NCBI GenBank assembly: GCA_951406725.2
Contig: OX597817.1
Span: 14,260,001 to 14,324,000 of the forward strand
Length of the DNA: 64,000 bases
Source of the DNA: Octopus vulgaris
Taxonomy: Eukaryota
Reading direction: 5' to 3'
Positions within the stretch are counted from its first letter, which is position 1. Each line of letters begins with the position of its first letter. Shown here one piece after another: positions 1 through 14,365 of the stretch. The notes beneath the pieces were generated by a model that was given only the letters and a program-made list of their open reading frames with translations, made no database searches and was not told the DNA's origin. Both the position numbers and the translations under genes were made by a program.

Positions 1-85
1 GTGCGCACACACACACACACACACACATACATACATACATACATACATACATACATACATACATACATACATACATACATACATA
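1..85. repeat. (CA)n/(TACA)n microsatellite
   Basis: Direct inspection. Confidence 0.95.
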
Positions 86-89
86 ACTC

Positions 90-262
90 TGTGTAATGGC
101 CAGGTGAAAATTCTCATTTGACTGTCACATCTCAACTGTCACGATGTGGGGTGCACTGTCCAGCGAAGGTGTTGTAGGACCAATTTCCTTTGATGGAACT
201 GTGAATAGTAACAATTATTTAAACATGGTTCGTGACGTAATCGTGGCACAATTTGTAACCAA
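90..262 (+). pseudogene. IS630-Tc1-mariner superfamily transposase fragment
   Basis: Translation MWGALSSEGVVGPISFDGTVNSNNYLNMV resembles the 'VW.G....G.IGP.FF..TV....YL.M' block of Tc1/mariner DDD/E catalytic domains. Short and decayed. Confidence 0.6.
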
Positions 263-1397
263 AGATAATTCTTCTTTGAATGAAACGATATCAAATAAAG
301 CATTGGTATTAACATTGTTGTTATTGGCATTTCATGATCGATTTAGTTGTTGTTAATGCGCATGTCAGCCCGATGATCAAAGCGTTATAGATGTGACTAC
401 CTTCAGCTTTTATTCTGGTGTAGAGTACTTAAGACTTTCTTATCTAATGTGACATTTTTTAAAGAAATCTGTGTATCATCTTGTGGTGGAATTCGACTGC
501 TATTTCTAACAAGTCAAGTAACAACTTAAGTTTTCCTTTCAATGCTTTCTCCGGTATGGTAGTCTTTTTAGTACCTCTCAACGTCTCCCCATCTCTCATT
601 TGTAACAGTGGGGTACTAATACTAATTTATAATTTTGGGATGACCCTTTAGAGCTCTTTCGATGTTTAATAGATATTGCTTGCAGGAGGAGTAAATGAAT
701 AACCATCTGCATCACTTTGGACTGATGGAGTCTTCTCTCTTTAACACAAAGGATTTTCGATTTTCTGACAGAGAAGTTTGATAAGATCAAGGATACATGC
801 ACGCATACTCACATATACATTAACACAAGCATGTACACACATACTCAGCATATACACACATACACACATATATATATATATAGACATATACATTCAAACC
901 CAACGATATCTTTTAAAACTTTTTTATATATAATCTTAAATACCCATCGGCACAGACTTTAATTGGCATGCAACCATTTCTAGAATATTCGTGATAAGCT
1001 CATCGCGTTTTTTAAGGATTGTATCATATATTATACGTTACTATAAATGATGCATACCTTTAAATATGCGTGTGTAAGAGAGAAAGAGAGAGAGAGAGAA
1101 AGAAAATGTGCACATTATTACTGCTTGGAAGACATATTTAATTTCTAATTATGCTTCTTATATTCGTAAACGCACAGCCTGTAAAAATTAATGGGGTAAG
1201 ATAAAAGAAAAAGAAAGCTGTAAGCAACGTAGAAAAGTCTAAACTTCTGACAAGAAGATCTACGATTTGGTTTCCATTTTCTGCTGCCTCTATACAGGCC
1301 TCTTCTGTTGTGCTTTCTCGTGGGAAAAGCATAAGCCACAAAACTTCCTACTGCAGAAAAATATAAAATCTTAAAATAATAGATTATAGCATGGATC

Positions 1398-2287
1398 TAC
1401 GAGGTGGTAGCAAAAAGTTCCCGAACTAGTTCTGTAGCGAACCAAAAGATGACAGCGCATGGTTGCGTGCGCAGAGGGAGCTAGCAGTGACCTTCATGAG
1501 GCAGTGTGCCGAGTGAAATCACCGTGTTTATTTCGCAAGTTGTGAAATGTATGTTTTTGTGATCACGTGTATGCTGTAGTCTGCGATTTCTGTCATGGAC
1601 AGAAAGTTGGAACAGAGAGCCAACGTGATATTTTGCGTTAAACTTGAGAAGTTTGCCACAGCGACATTGAGCAAGCTTCGACAATCTTATGGCGACGAAG
1701 CAATGGGTTGTATGCAATGTTTAGAGTGGTACTGGCGCTTCAAAAACGGAAGAACATCCCTGGAAGACCTGCCACGAGTGCCACTTCCGGATATGTGGAG
1801 AAAATTCGTCAGCTTGTGCATGAGGATAGCCGGAGGAGAATCAACGAGGTTTTGAAGCGTTTGAGGGAGAATAAATGGTGAAAGCGACCGGTTCTGTGGA
1901 GCGCGGAGAATTGAATTCTTTACGACGATAATGCAGACTGTCATCCAGCTCTCCTCACTCGTGAGTTTCTCGCCAAAACCAACATGGTATCGCTTCTGCA
2001 CCCGCCCTATCCGCCAGATTTAGCACCTACGGGATTCCATCTCTTCGCCAAAATGGAAATGCAGTTCAAAAAGTCGTCGTTTTAACACCGTTGTCGAGAA
2101 CCAGTGTGAATCGCAGAAAGTCCTTGAATCGCTTACGGAAAACGACTTCCAGTCCGGATTCCAGGAACGCTGGAACTGGTGAATTGCTGCGCATGGTGAC
2201 TGTTTCGAAGATGATGTTGAAATTTAGGTAAATAAGTTATTTTTCATTAAACATATCTCATCCAGGGATTTTTGATACCTCCTCGTA
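1398..2287 (+). mobile_element. Internally deleted mariner DNA transposon
   Basis: Ends TA-CGAGG... and ...CCTCG-TA with imperfect TIRs. N-terminal HTH 'EQRANVIFCVKLEK...YGDEAM...WYWRFKNGRTSLED' (1595-1770), and 'LHPPYPPDLAP' (~1996-2030) matching the mariner HPPYSPDLAP motif. Frameshifts present. Confidence 0.9.
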
Positions 2288-2659
2288 GTTATTTAAGGAC
2301 TGGAACATACAATTTCCTGTAAGACAGACTGCCTCATGGTCCCAGCAAACAAAATGGGGAGAAAAATATATATTACAGCAGTCAAATTTCTCTCATATCA
2401 CAAACCCCGACCACGCTGTCTTTTAAATTAGAAGAGCACAAAGAACAATTTAGTATACAAAAGAAAATGAAATAGTCATATATAGACAGCCTTTGACTTC
2501 TGGTTCAAGGTTGAGATGGAGATAAAGAACGGTAACAAAAACAATTAATTAGAAAAAGTCTGAAAAATAATGCTTGTGTATATGTACGCGCGCGTGCGTG
2601 AGTGCGTGCGCGTGCGTGAGTGCGTGCGCGCACACGTATTTATATGTGTGTGTATGTAC

Positions 2660-3372
2660 ACACATACTTACATGCATACATGCATGCTTACATACATACA
2701 TACATGCATACATACATATATACATAAAATACATACATACGTACGTACGTATGTACATACATACATACATACATACATACATACATACATACGTACGTAC
2801 ATACATACATACATACATACGTACATACATACATACATACGTACATACATACATACATACATACATACATACATACATACATGCATACATACATACATAC
2901 ATACATACATACATACATACATACATACATGCATGCATGCATACATACATACATACATACATACATACATACATACATACATACATACATACATACATAC
3001 ATACATACATACATACATACATACATAGGTGCAGGCATAGATGTGTTGTCCAATCACATGATTCTGAGTTCAATCCTACTCCGTGGCATCTTGGGCGTCT
3101 TCGACTATAGCCTCGGGCTGACCAAAGCCTTACGAGTGGACTTGTATGTATGTATGTATGTATGTATGTATGTATGTATGTATGTATGTATGCATGTATG
3201 TATGTATGTATGTATGTATGTATGTATGTATGTTTGCATGTATGTATGTATGTATGTTTGCATGTATGTATGTATGTATGTATGTATGTATGTATGAATG
3301 TATGTATGTATGTATGTATGTATGTATGTATGTATGCATGTATGTATGTATGTATGTATGTATGTATGTATA
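2660..3372. repeat. (TACA)n and (TATG)n arrays in opposite orientation flanking a SINE-A 5' fragment (3027-3143)
   Basis: Direct inspection. The SINE head 'ggtgcaggcatag...caatcctactccgtggcatcttggg' lies between the arrays. Confidence 0.85.
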
Positions 3373-4078
3373 GACGTGAGCATGGCTTTATTTTTTTCTT
3401 TCTTTAGTCTAAGGAATTCGCTTCGCATCCATGCGGGTCAATCTCACAGTGCTGTAGCTTGGGCAAATATCTTTTGCTATAGTCCCAAACCGAACAATTC
3501 CTTCTAAGTGGTTTTTGGTAGACGGAAACTGTGAAAAAATTCATTGTGTGTGTGTGTGTGTGTGTGTGCATGAGTGTGTGTGATCCATACGTGTATGATA
3601 TGTAACACTATATCCAATTTGTTATGTTTCTGGCGGTGGATTGTATCTTATAAAATAAAGAAGTGACTAGGCTCCTGATCTATTCAAACTCTCTCAGTCT
3701 TGGGATATTAATGCGACTGATGTCCAACTTGAACATCTGCAGTTCAATATTTGCAGGAAAAACGTGAGCGGCGACAGAAGTGAGTACCCGATTTGAACGC
3801 ATGTAACACAAAAAATTCTACTCACGTCACCATAGGCTCAAACAAAGCTGTTAAATCGGGCAGATTTTTACATCTAACATTTTCATTTCATATATATATA
3901 TACGTACTATCGATTTAGTCATATTTATTAAATTATTGAGCTATAAAAGACCGAATTTCAATATATGTACCACATAACTGCAAATGGAAATGAATTCATT
4001 TTTTTTTCTCTCTATTGTGTTCTGATTTCCAATTCTTTTCTAAACATATGTAAAAGCAATTGTTAATAAAAAGAACTT

Positions 4079-4158
<80 letters not shown>

Positions 4159-4293
4159 CATACATACATACATACATACATACATTCATACATACATGGA
4201 TAAACAACATGAAAAGCGCAACGAGCAGAAATACTATGCATACACATACATATATAAAGGTATGCATGTGTGTGTAAATATATATGCATGTAG

Positions 4294-4358
<65 letters not shown>

Positions 4359-4483
4359 CACACACATGCATGTGTATACAATATATACGTATATGTATAC
4401 ATATATATATACATATATATATGCCCATACGTTACATTTATACACACACATATATATATACACGTGTGTGTGTGTGTGTGTGT

Positions 4484-4570
<87 letters not shown>
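4079..4570. repeat. Compound (GATA)n/(TA)n/(TG)n microsatellite
   Basis: Direct inspection. Confidence 0.9.
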
Positions 4571-4571
<1 letters not shown>

Positions 4572-4975
4572 CGTGTGCACATACATATGCGTATGTGTAC
4601 GTACGCTTATTTCTATGTGTATGTTACATGAAGTCATTTTCCACGTTTTAAATAATTCTTTTTTTGTATCACGTTCCGCTGAGAATATAAATATTAATAT
4701 AAAATAAAATTCTATTCACCCTGGCATTCATGTAATGAATAACTTTATTTTAATAAGGCACCAAAGTTATATATTTTTATAAAGCACATCCGCTGTAGTC
4801 TCATCTTAATAGTGAATATTTCGGTATCAACATATAGCCAACATATTTATCGGCAGATAAAATGATATAGTGCTATCATACAGTTGTCAAGTTGTGATTC
4901 ACGTTTGATAAAAATATTATAGCTGAATGTTCGTGGAAATTGGATCATTCCCCTCCTCTCCCTTATTCCCTTCTT

Positions 4976-5038
<63 letters not shown>

Positions 5039-5286
5039 CTCTCCCATTGTCTTCTAGCATTTTCACCGCCGCTGCTGGGAAATTTTCGTCTGTTCCTGAT
5101 GTAGTTACATTTTTTTATAGACAATACGTCCATAAGAGATAGTGTTTCCGGATGAATGCCGCAGTTAATTTTTTTTTTTGTGTGTGATGTATTTGCATTA
5201 AGTATGATACGCAGGTGACTATTTTTTATTTCAAACTACTTCATTTGTACATAACGGTTATATGTACGTGAGTGTGTACATATATG

Positions 5287-5341
<55 letters not shown>

Positions 5342-5426
5342 TTCTGTGTGTGTGTCTGTGAATAAATATATATATATATGTTATATATGTATATATATAT
5401 ATATTTGTATATGTATATGTTTGTTA

Positions 5427-5471
<45 letters not shown>

Positions 5472-5478
<7 letters not shown>

Positions 5479-5802
5479 ATATAATTCGAGACAAAACCAC
5501 TATTTTAAAACCAAACAAGGAAAGACTTAATCAATACATAAAATTTTAATATAAATTAAATAAACCGCCACTACAAATGTTTCATGTCTGCTACCGACAA
5601 TCTTCAGGTGGATTTTCGATCTTCTAATCAGTATCAAAATTTTGATACTGATTAGAAGATCGAAAATCCACCTATTGTCGGTAGCAACATGAAACATTTG
5701 TAGTGGCGGTTTATTTAATTTATATTAAAATTTTATGTATTGATTAAGTCTTTCCTTGTTTGGTTTTAAAATAGTGGTTTTGTCTCGAATTATATTATAT
5801 AA
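5472..5802. mobile_element. Near-perfect ~330-bp palindrome, Penelope-like inverted pseudo-LTR
   Basis: Arms are reverse complements about 5639/5640 (caaaa|ttttg). Flanked by (TA)n and contains a hammerhead motif. Confidence 0.8.
5568..5611 (-). ncRNA. Type I hammerhead ribozyme
   Basis: Minus strand reads ccac-CTGAAGA-t-tgtc-ggtagca-gaca-t-GAAA-catttg-TA-gtgg: helix I ccac/gtgg, intact core, helix II tgtc/gaca, GUA cleavage triplet. Confidence 0.8.
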
Positions 5803-5892
5803 TATTTTACTATAAAATTGGATTTAACCCTAAATCTGATTTTTTCCCTGTAATTTTGGATTCATTCCCTAATATTTATTATTATATATATT

Positions 5893-5954
<62 letters not shown>

Positions 5955-6262
5955 TATACTTATACACACGCATCTATAATAATAAATGCCAAAACGAATT
6001 TCTGTATGTCAATGTGTCACACTTTGACCCCGTCTCTCACTATTCAATTACAATTCTACTATTCCTCATGATGGAGTGAGATTTGCTCGAAATGTGGAAT
6101 AGATAAACAGCCGACAACTAATGAAGGGTCGTTCTTTGTGTTACTTGTCTTGTTTTCCATGTTTCTCTCGATGTTCGCATACCAAGTTTTGATTTCGTTT
6201 TTCATGTTGTTTTCGTATTTCATGTTCTTTGTAACGTCCTGTACCCATATATGCACAACATG

Positions 6263-6330
<68 letters not shown>

Positions 6331-6344
6331 TATATATGTAAGTA

Positions 6345-6393
<49 letters not shown>

Positions 6394-6398
6394 ATGTA

Positions 6399-6438
<40 letters not shown>

Positions 6439-6786
6439 TTAGTTAAATCTATGACCAATGAGCCGTGTATAGCGCTAAGCCCTTTGTGGACGCGAAACCA
6501 TTAGTCACTTTATGACCGGACATAGACTTCGCTACATATGAATACATTGCTGCTCTACGCTTTAGAGTGTGGATATAACATTTTTAACCGACAGAAGTTA
6601 CAAAGTAACTCAGGCCTGAGAGTTTCGTGCACGACACTTAACAAACTGTTTGTGAACGAAACTCTCAGTTGTTGAGTCACTTTGTAACTACTGCTGATTA
6701 TATATATATATCGCCATGTTGAATCGCTAGCTTCTGTACGCATTTTTTTTCTCTCCTTGTTTCTCTCCGTATTTCTTTTCTGTGTA

Positions 6787-6824
6787 TCTTTCTGTTGAAG
6801 AGCGTAGGCTCGAAACGTAAAAGA
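6787..6824 (+). ncRNA. Minimal type I hammerhead-like motif (A6U variant)
   Basis: tcttt-CTGTTGA-a-gagc-gtag-gctc-GAAA-cg-TA-aaaga. Helix I tcttt/aaaga, helix II gagc/gctc, palindromic ACGT helix III. Core position 6 is U rather than A. Confidence 0.6.
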
Positions 6825-6868
6825 CTTGTTTTATTTCTATTCCTGAGCGCCATACTAATACAATTGCT

Positions 6869-6925
<57 letters not shown>

Positions 6926-6945
6926 GTGCGCACGCACACACACGT

Positions 6946-7009
<64 letters not shown>

Positions 7010-7018
7010 ACATACATA

Positions 7019-7124
<106 letters not shown>

Positions 7125-7136
7125 TCTTTTTTTATT

Positions 7137-7347
7137 AATATTTAGCAGAAGTGCAAAATGTTTAGCGGCATTTCTTCCGTCTTAACGTTCTAAGATCAAA
7201 TTCCGCCGATGTCGACTTGGCTTTTCATCCTTTTGGAGTAGACAAAATAAGTACCAGCGAAACACGTGGGTCGATGTAATCGACTTTGTATCTCCCCCAA
7301 AATTGCTGACCTAGTGCCAAAATTTGCAATCAATATTTAGCAGAAGT
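7137..7347 (+). mobile_element. SINE family B, 5'-truncated, with 16-bp TSD
   Basis: Body 'caaattccgccgatgtcgacttggcttttcatcc'. aatatttagcagaagt is duplicated at 7137-7152 and 7332-7347. Confidence 0.8.
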
Positions 7348-7704
7348 AGTAGAGTGACTTATATACATATATATTCTGCGGCCAAAATAGGACACCGTTT
7401 TGAAGAGTCTTATGCTTTATTCTTTTGCTGAACCGTTTGCTTATGTGTCTAGTGGTGTGGAATCGAACATAAATTCACACATTCATCAAACGGTTTTCGT
7501 CTAAGGAATTCACGCAAAAGGCATTGTTTGGCACGGGGTTGTAGTAAGAGACGTTTATCCAAGATGCCACAGAACTGATCCCGCTGCTACAGGGTTTGTG
7601 AAGCAAAATTCTTAACCGCACAATCATGTCTATATGTACAGAGTAGACCAAACGTCACGCACCATAAGATTTAATATTTTACTATTATAATTATTATTAT
7701 TATT

Positions 7705-8239
7705 GAGAGAGCAGTGCATACCATCAAAGTGACACTAGGGTAAAATATACGAAGCCCAGTATACCCATCATGACTACCCATCTGATAAGGGTTCACCAAG
7801 CACATGCATCACAACCATATGCCTGCGACATGGTGATCTCATATCAAGATAAACAGCACATGACCTTGCAGGTGGAGCCCAGTTAGAATTGTCTTCTGGT
7901 CGAGTAGCCCATCGCGCTCAAAAGGTCCCTGAATAAGGATTGTTTAAGGATGTTGAACGAAACACCCATGTTTCCAGAGGTGAATTATTCAAACCCCAAA
8001 GAATCCCTCTCAACACATGGCTATGATGCTCCCCCACTACTTCTGCTCGTGATCAGAGATGCACATATCGTCAGCCACTAAGGGACATGGTCAACTGGTT
8101 AAGTCAAACAACTGGCAAGCAAATTTGTGGTATTGAGCAGAATATTTGCTGTACCTAGACAAAACAATGTACATGATAACACTTCCAATCAGTTAAGATC
8201 AAAAGCCACGAGAGCCACTGCCTGGTACTGCATCAGGGC

Positions 8240-8240
<1 letters not shown>
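7705..8240. mobile_element. ~540-bp non-coding interspersed element in (ATT)n, copy 1
   Basis: Closely similar to 8310-8867, and both copies are bounded by (ATT)n tracts. Confidence 0.75.
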
Positions 8241-8971
<731 letters not shown>

Positions 8972-9199
8972 GTTATTGTTGTTATTATCATCATGTATTT
9001 TGTTCATCATGTACGAGTGCATGTGTATTCATCGTTATTTTAGTTATTCTATTGAATTTTAGAAAAATTGAAACATGTCTTTGATGATTTCGGAGCGTAT
9101 TGAACCTATTTTGAGCCTGACTTTTGACCCACACTGTATGTGTATGTGTGTGCGTATGCATATGTACGTGCATATATGCATGTATGTATGTATGTATGT

Positions 9200-9945
9200 A
9201 TGCATAAGTACATACATAAGTACATACATACATACATACATACATACATACATACATACATACATACATACATACATACATACATACATACATACATACA
9301 TACATACATACATACATACATACATACATACATACATACATACATACATGCATACATACATAAGTACATACATACATACATACATACATACATACATAAG
9401 TACATACATACATGCATACATACATACATACATACATACATGCATACATACATAAGTACATACATACATACATACATACATACATACATACATACATACA
9501 TACATACATACATACATACATACATACATACATACATACATACATAAGTACATACATACATACATACATACATACATACATAAGTACATACATACATACA
9601 TACATACATACATACATACATACATACATACATACATACATACATACATACATACATACATACATACATACATACATACATACATACATACATACATACA
9701 TACATACATACATACATGCATGCATACATAAGTACATATATACATACATGCATACATACATACATACATACATACATACATACATAAGTACATACATACA
9801 TACATACATACATACATACATACATACATACATACATACATACATACATACATACATACATACATACATACATACATACATACATACATACATACATACA
9901 TACATACATACATACATACATACATACATACATACATACATACAC
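9200..9945. repeat. ~750-bp (TACA)n array with TAAG/TGCA variant units
   Basis: Direct inspection. Confidence 0.95.
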
Positions 9946-10411
9946 AACCTGCCTGATCGATCGATCGAGATAACTTTTCACATTTCTCCTGTTATTAAGT
10001 TATATTACTAATAAATAAATTTCAAGCAACATTGGCACAAGACCCCCATCTTCTAGGGAGAAAAAGAATCGATTATACCAATTCTAGTACATGAATAGTA
10101 CATATTTCACTGATTCGTGAAAATTTGAAAAGAAAAGTTAACTTCAGAAGGAATTAAACGTTGAAAGTACCGAACAGAAACTAAACACTGCAAAGATTCT
10201 TATCATTTGCATTCATGCTTCACCTAGTCTAAACAATCATTTTCTGTGAGAAAAATATGTTGTACACATGTTAAAAAGACGTCTTGGATTTTAATACGTA
10301 CGTTTTGGGGGCATAAATTAGAGGACGATATGTATCTATATGGGTACGTATTGATGATGTTTTTATCATTTCTTCGTAATGGTTAAATAACTATCAGTAA
10401 AAGACAAGAAT

Positions 10412-10845
10412 GTGCAGGAGTGGTTGTGTGGTAAGTAGCTTGCTAACCAACCACATGGTTCCGGGTTCAATCCCACTGCGTGGCATCTTGGGCAAATGTC
10501 TTCTGCTATAGCCCCGGGCCGACCAATGCCTTGTGAGTGGATTTGGTAGACGGAAACTGAAAGAAGCCTGTCGTATATATGTATATATATATATATATGT
10601 ATGTGTGTGTATGTGTTTGTGTGTCTGTCTTTGTCCCCCTAGCATTGCTTGACAACCGATGCTGGTGTGTTTACGTCCCCGTCACTTAGCGGTTTCGGCA
10701 AAAGAGACCGATAGAATAAGTACTGGGCTTCCAAAGAATAAGTCCCGGGGTCGATTTGCTCGACTAAAGGCGGTGCTCCAGCATGGCCGCAGTCAAATGA
10801 CTGAAACAAGTAAAAAAGTAAAAAAGTTAAAAAAAGTAAAGTAAG
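10412..10845 (+). mobile_element. tRNA-derived SINE family A (octopus-type), full length
   Basis: Head with pol III A/B-box-like 'gtggttgtgtggtaag'/'gggttcaatccc', internal (TA)/(TG) tract, tail 'cagtcaaatgactgaaacaagtaaaa'. Many copies in the window. Confidence 0.9.
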
Positions 10846-11276
10846 TAATGCGTTTCGATCACCAGCATTCCCTCTGCGTTTTCAAAAGAGTTCTACTACT
10901 TCAGATAAACAGGAAAGATGAGAATTAAATTACTTATTTAGGGAATACAGGTGCTGGCGTAGTTATGTAGTTAAAAAGTTTGAAGTTTGTTTTCCATTGA
11001 CGAGGTAAGTTCGATCCTACTGCGTACCTTACCCAGTGTCCTTGAGCTGACTAATGTCTTGTATATGGAATTTCGCGGATGCAATCTAGGCTCTATCATG
11101 TCATGTACACACACACACACACACAAATCCTGAATTTACTTGTGTAACATGCGAAGATAGGCACAGGCTTGGGAAGCTTCCTTCTCAGCCACATGGTTCC
11201 GGGTTCAGTCCCACTGCGTGGTACCTCAGGCAAGTGTCCTTTTTTTTAATTAGCAGTCGATGCTATTACGACTGGG

Positions 11277-11433
11277 TTCAGGTGTGTCTGTGTGGCAAGA
11301 AGTTTGCTTCTCAACCACATAGTTCCGGCTTCAGTGCCACTGTATGGCACTTTGGGCACGTGTCTTTTACAGCCTCGGACTGACCAAAGCTTTGTGAGTG
11401 GATTTGGTAGATGGAAACTGAAAGAAGCCCGCC

Positions 11434-11440
<7 letters not shown>
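11277..11440 (+). mobile_element. SINE family A 5' half
   Basis: Homologous to 10412-10580. Confidence 0.8.
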
Positions 11441-11463
<23 letters not shown>

Positions 11464-11469
<6 letters not shown>

Positions 11470-11696
11470 CTTTACTACCCACAAGGGGCTAAATACAGAG
11501 GGGACAAACAAGGACAGACAAACGGATTAAGTCGATTACATCGACCCCAGTGCGTAACTGGTACTTAATTTATCGACCCCGAAAGGATGAAAGGAAAAGT
11601 CGACCTCGGCGGAATTTGAACTCAGAACGTAACGGCAGACGAAATACCGCTACACATTTCGCCCGGCGTGCTACCGTTTCTGCCAGCTCGCCGCCA
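11464..11696 (-). mobile_element. tRNA-derived SINE family B
   Basis: Reverse complement 'ggcggcgagctggcagaaac...gagttcaaattccgccgaggtcgac...gggtagtaaagaaata'. Confidence 0.9.
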
Positions 11697-11697
11697 C

Positions 11698-11785
<88 letters not shown>

Positions 11786-12116
11786 CTTGAGATTACCTCT
11801 TTAAGGGGAAATAGCTAGGCCACTTAGAGTAGATAAATCCTTTCTAACTTTCTCACAAAGCCACGAATTTCGAGGGCAGCGGCCAGTCGATTGCAGTGAC
11901 CTCAGTAGTTGACTAGTATTTTATCACCCTAAAAAGACGAAAGGTAAAGTCGACCTCGACGAAATGTGAACTCAGAACGTAAAGACGGACAAAATGCCGC
12001 GAAGTATTTTTTTGTCCGGCGTGCAGACGATTCTGAATGATAAGTAAGTCCAGCAATATATGGACTGTTTCACTAAAATGTGTGTATGTGTGTTTATATT
12101 TCCCCCAGTTAACTCG

Positions 12117-12492
12117 AAGCACTCCGTCGGTTACGACGACGAGGGTTCCGGTTGATCCGAATCAACGGAACAGCCTGCTCGTGAAATTAACGTGTAAGTG
12201 GCTGAGCACTTCACAGACACGTGTACCCTTAACGTAGTTCTCGGGGATATTCAGCGTGACACAGAGAGTGACAAGGCCGGCCCTTTGAAATACAGGTACA
12301 ACAGAAACAGGAAGTAAGAGTGAGAGAAAGTTGTGGTGAAAGAGTACAGCAGGGATCACCACCATCCCCTGCCGGAGTCTCGTGGAGCTTTAGGTATTTT
12401 CGCTCAATAAACACTCACAACGCCCGGTCTGGGAATCGAAACCGCAATCCTATGACCGCGAGTCCGCTGTCCTAACCACTGGGCCATTGCGC
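12117..12492 (-). mobile_element. tRNA-derived SINE family C with TSD
   Basis: Minus strand head 'gcaatggcccagtggttaggacagcggactcgcgg...ggtttcgattccc'. ccccagttaact is repeated on both flanks. Near-identical to 39270-39648. Confidence 0.9.
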
Positions 12493-12673
12493 CCCCCCCC
12501 CCCCAGTTAACTAACAGTTCGACAAACAGATTTATACATGGTCACAGTTCAATAACTGCATAAATACGGGACGAAATTTGCTTTGGGGATTCAAACCCAT
12601 GACCAAAATCTTTTACAAACAACGTCAAACTTATTTCAATCTTAATATCGAAACAAACACAGGTATAATAATA

Positions 12674-12908
12674 AGGCAGCGAGCTGGCAGAATCGTTAGC
12701 ACGCCGGACGAAATGCTTAGCAGTATTTCGTCTGACGTCACGTTCCGAGTTCAAATTCCGCCGAGATCGACTTTGCCTTTCATCCTTTCGGGGTCGATAA
12801 ATTAAGTACTAATTACTCACTGGAGTTGATCTAATCGACTTAATCCGTTTGTCTGTCCTTATTTGACCCCTCTGTGTTTAGCCCCTTGTGGGTAGTAAAG
12901 AAATAGGT
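12674..12908 (+). mobile_element. SINE family B
   Basis: Homologous to 11464-11696. Confidence 0.9.
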
Positions 12909-13176
12909 ATAATAATAATGATTATTATTATATTTTCACTTCAATCAAATCAGAAAAAATTCAATAATGGAAAAGTAATGTTTTCTAATCAGTTTAAAAA
13001 CGTTTCTACGGTCATTCGTTTCGACGAAGTTGTTCAAAGCGTTTTTATTTCCCCACCAACACCACCACAACCAGATTTCAGTGGTACTCTTGCACCCACT
13101 GCACTCTCTGTTCACGAGCCTAGGAATGACTAGAACTAGTAAAAGAATTATGAAATAAAAAATGAAACATAAAGAA

Positions 13177-13338
13177 CAGGAGTGGCTGTGTGCTAAGTAG
13201 CTTGCTTACCAACCACATGGTTCCGGGTTCATCCCACTGCGTGGCACCTTGGGCAAGTGTCTTCTGCTATATAGCCTCGGGCCAACCAAAGCCCTGTGAG
13301 TGGATTTGGTAGACGGAAACTGAAAGAAGCCCGTCGTA

Positions 13339-13389
<51 letters not shown>

Positions 13390-13595
13390 ATGTTTGTGTG
13401 TCTGTGTTTGTACCCCTAGCATTGCTTGACAACCGATGCTGGTGTGTTTACGTCCCCGTCACCTAGCGGTTCGGCAAAAGAGACCGATAGAATAAGTACT
13501 AGGCTTATAAAGAATAAGTCCTGGGGGTCGATTTGCTCGACTAAAGGCGGTGCTCCAGCATGGCCGCAGTCAAATGACTAAAACAAGTAAAAGAG
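13177..13595 (+). mobile_element. SINE family A
   Basis: Full-length homologue of 10412-10845. Confidence 0.9.
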
Positions 13596-13961
13596 ATCGT
13601 TGAAGATACTGGGCTTTCTTATGGTCAATACATCTATAAAGCAGGGGACACAACTCTTTCATTTTTTTTTATGCTCGATCCTTTCAAGAAGAAGATAAAC
13701 AAAATAAATAAAGATTTGATTACTAAATTCATCCCAGCTTTACGTAAACGACCAGAACCTCATGCGACTGAGAACCAAAATCTAAGCATGAAGTCAGTTC
13801 TCAGAGAATAATGTTGTTCTACATCGATCGACGTTTATAGTTATAATAGTTTCGTATATTTAAGAAAACGAGTCGAGGAGAAGGACGACTACGTTGACGG
13901 ACGACGGTGGCGACGATGATGATGATGATGATGATGTATGTAGGTGGCGTAGTGATCGTCA

Positions 13962-14365
13962 TACTCTTACTCTTTTACTTGTTTCAGTCATTTGACTGCG
14001 GCCATGCTGGAGCACCGCCTTTAGTCGAGCAAATCGACCCCGGAACTTATTCTTTTGTAAGCCCAGTACTTATTCTATCGGCCTCTTTTACCGAACCGCT
14101 AAGTGACGGGGACGTAAACACACTAGCATCGGTTGTCAAGCAATGCTATAGGGGACAAACACAGACACACAAACACACACACATACATCTATATACATAT
14201 ATACGACAGGCTTCTTTCAGTTTCCGTCTACCAAATCCACTCACAAGGCATTGGTTGGCCCGAGGCTATAGTAGAAGACACTTGCCCAAGATACCACGCA
14301 GTTGGACCGAACCTGGAACCATGTGGTTGGTTAGCAAGCGACTTACCACACAGCCACTCCTGCGC
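13962..14365 (-). mobile_element. SINE family A
   Basis: Reverse-complement full-length copy. Confidence 0.9.

Noticed and set aside
12425-12492. tRNA gene
   Set aside because: It is the tRNA-like head of SINE family C, continuous with a ~300-bp body, bounded by TSDs and repeated elsewhere.
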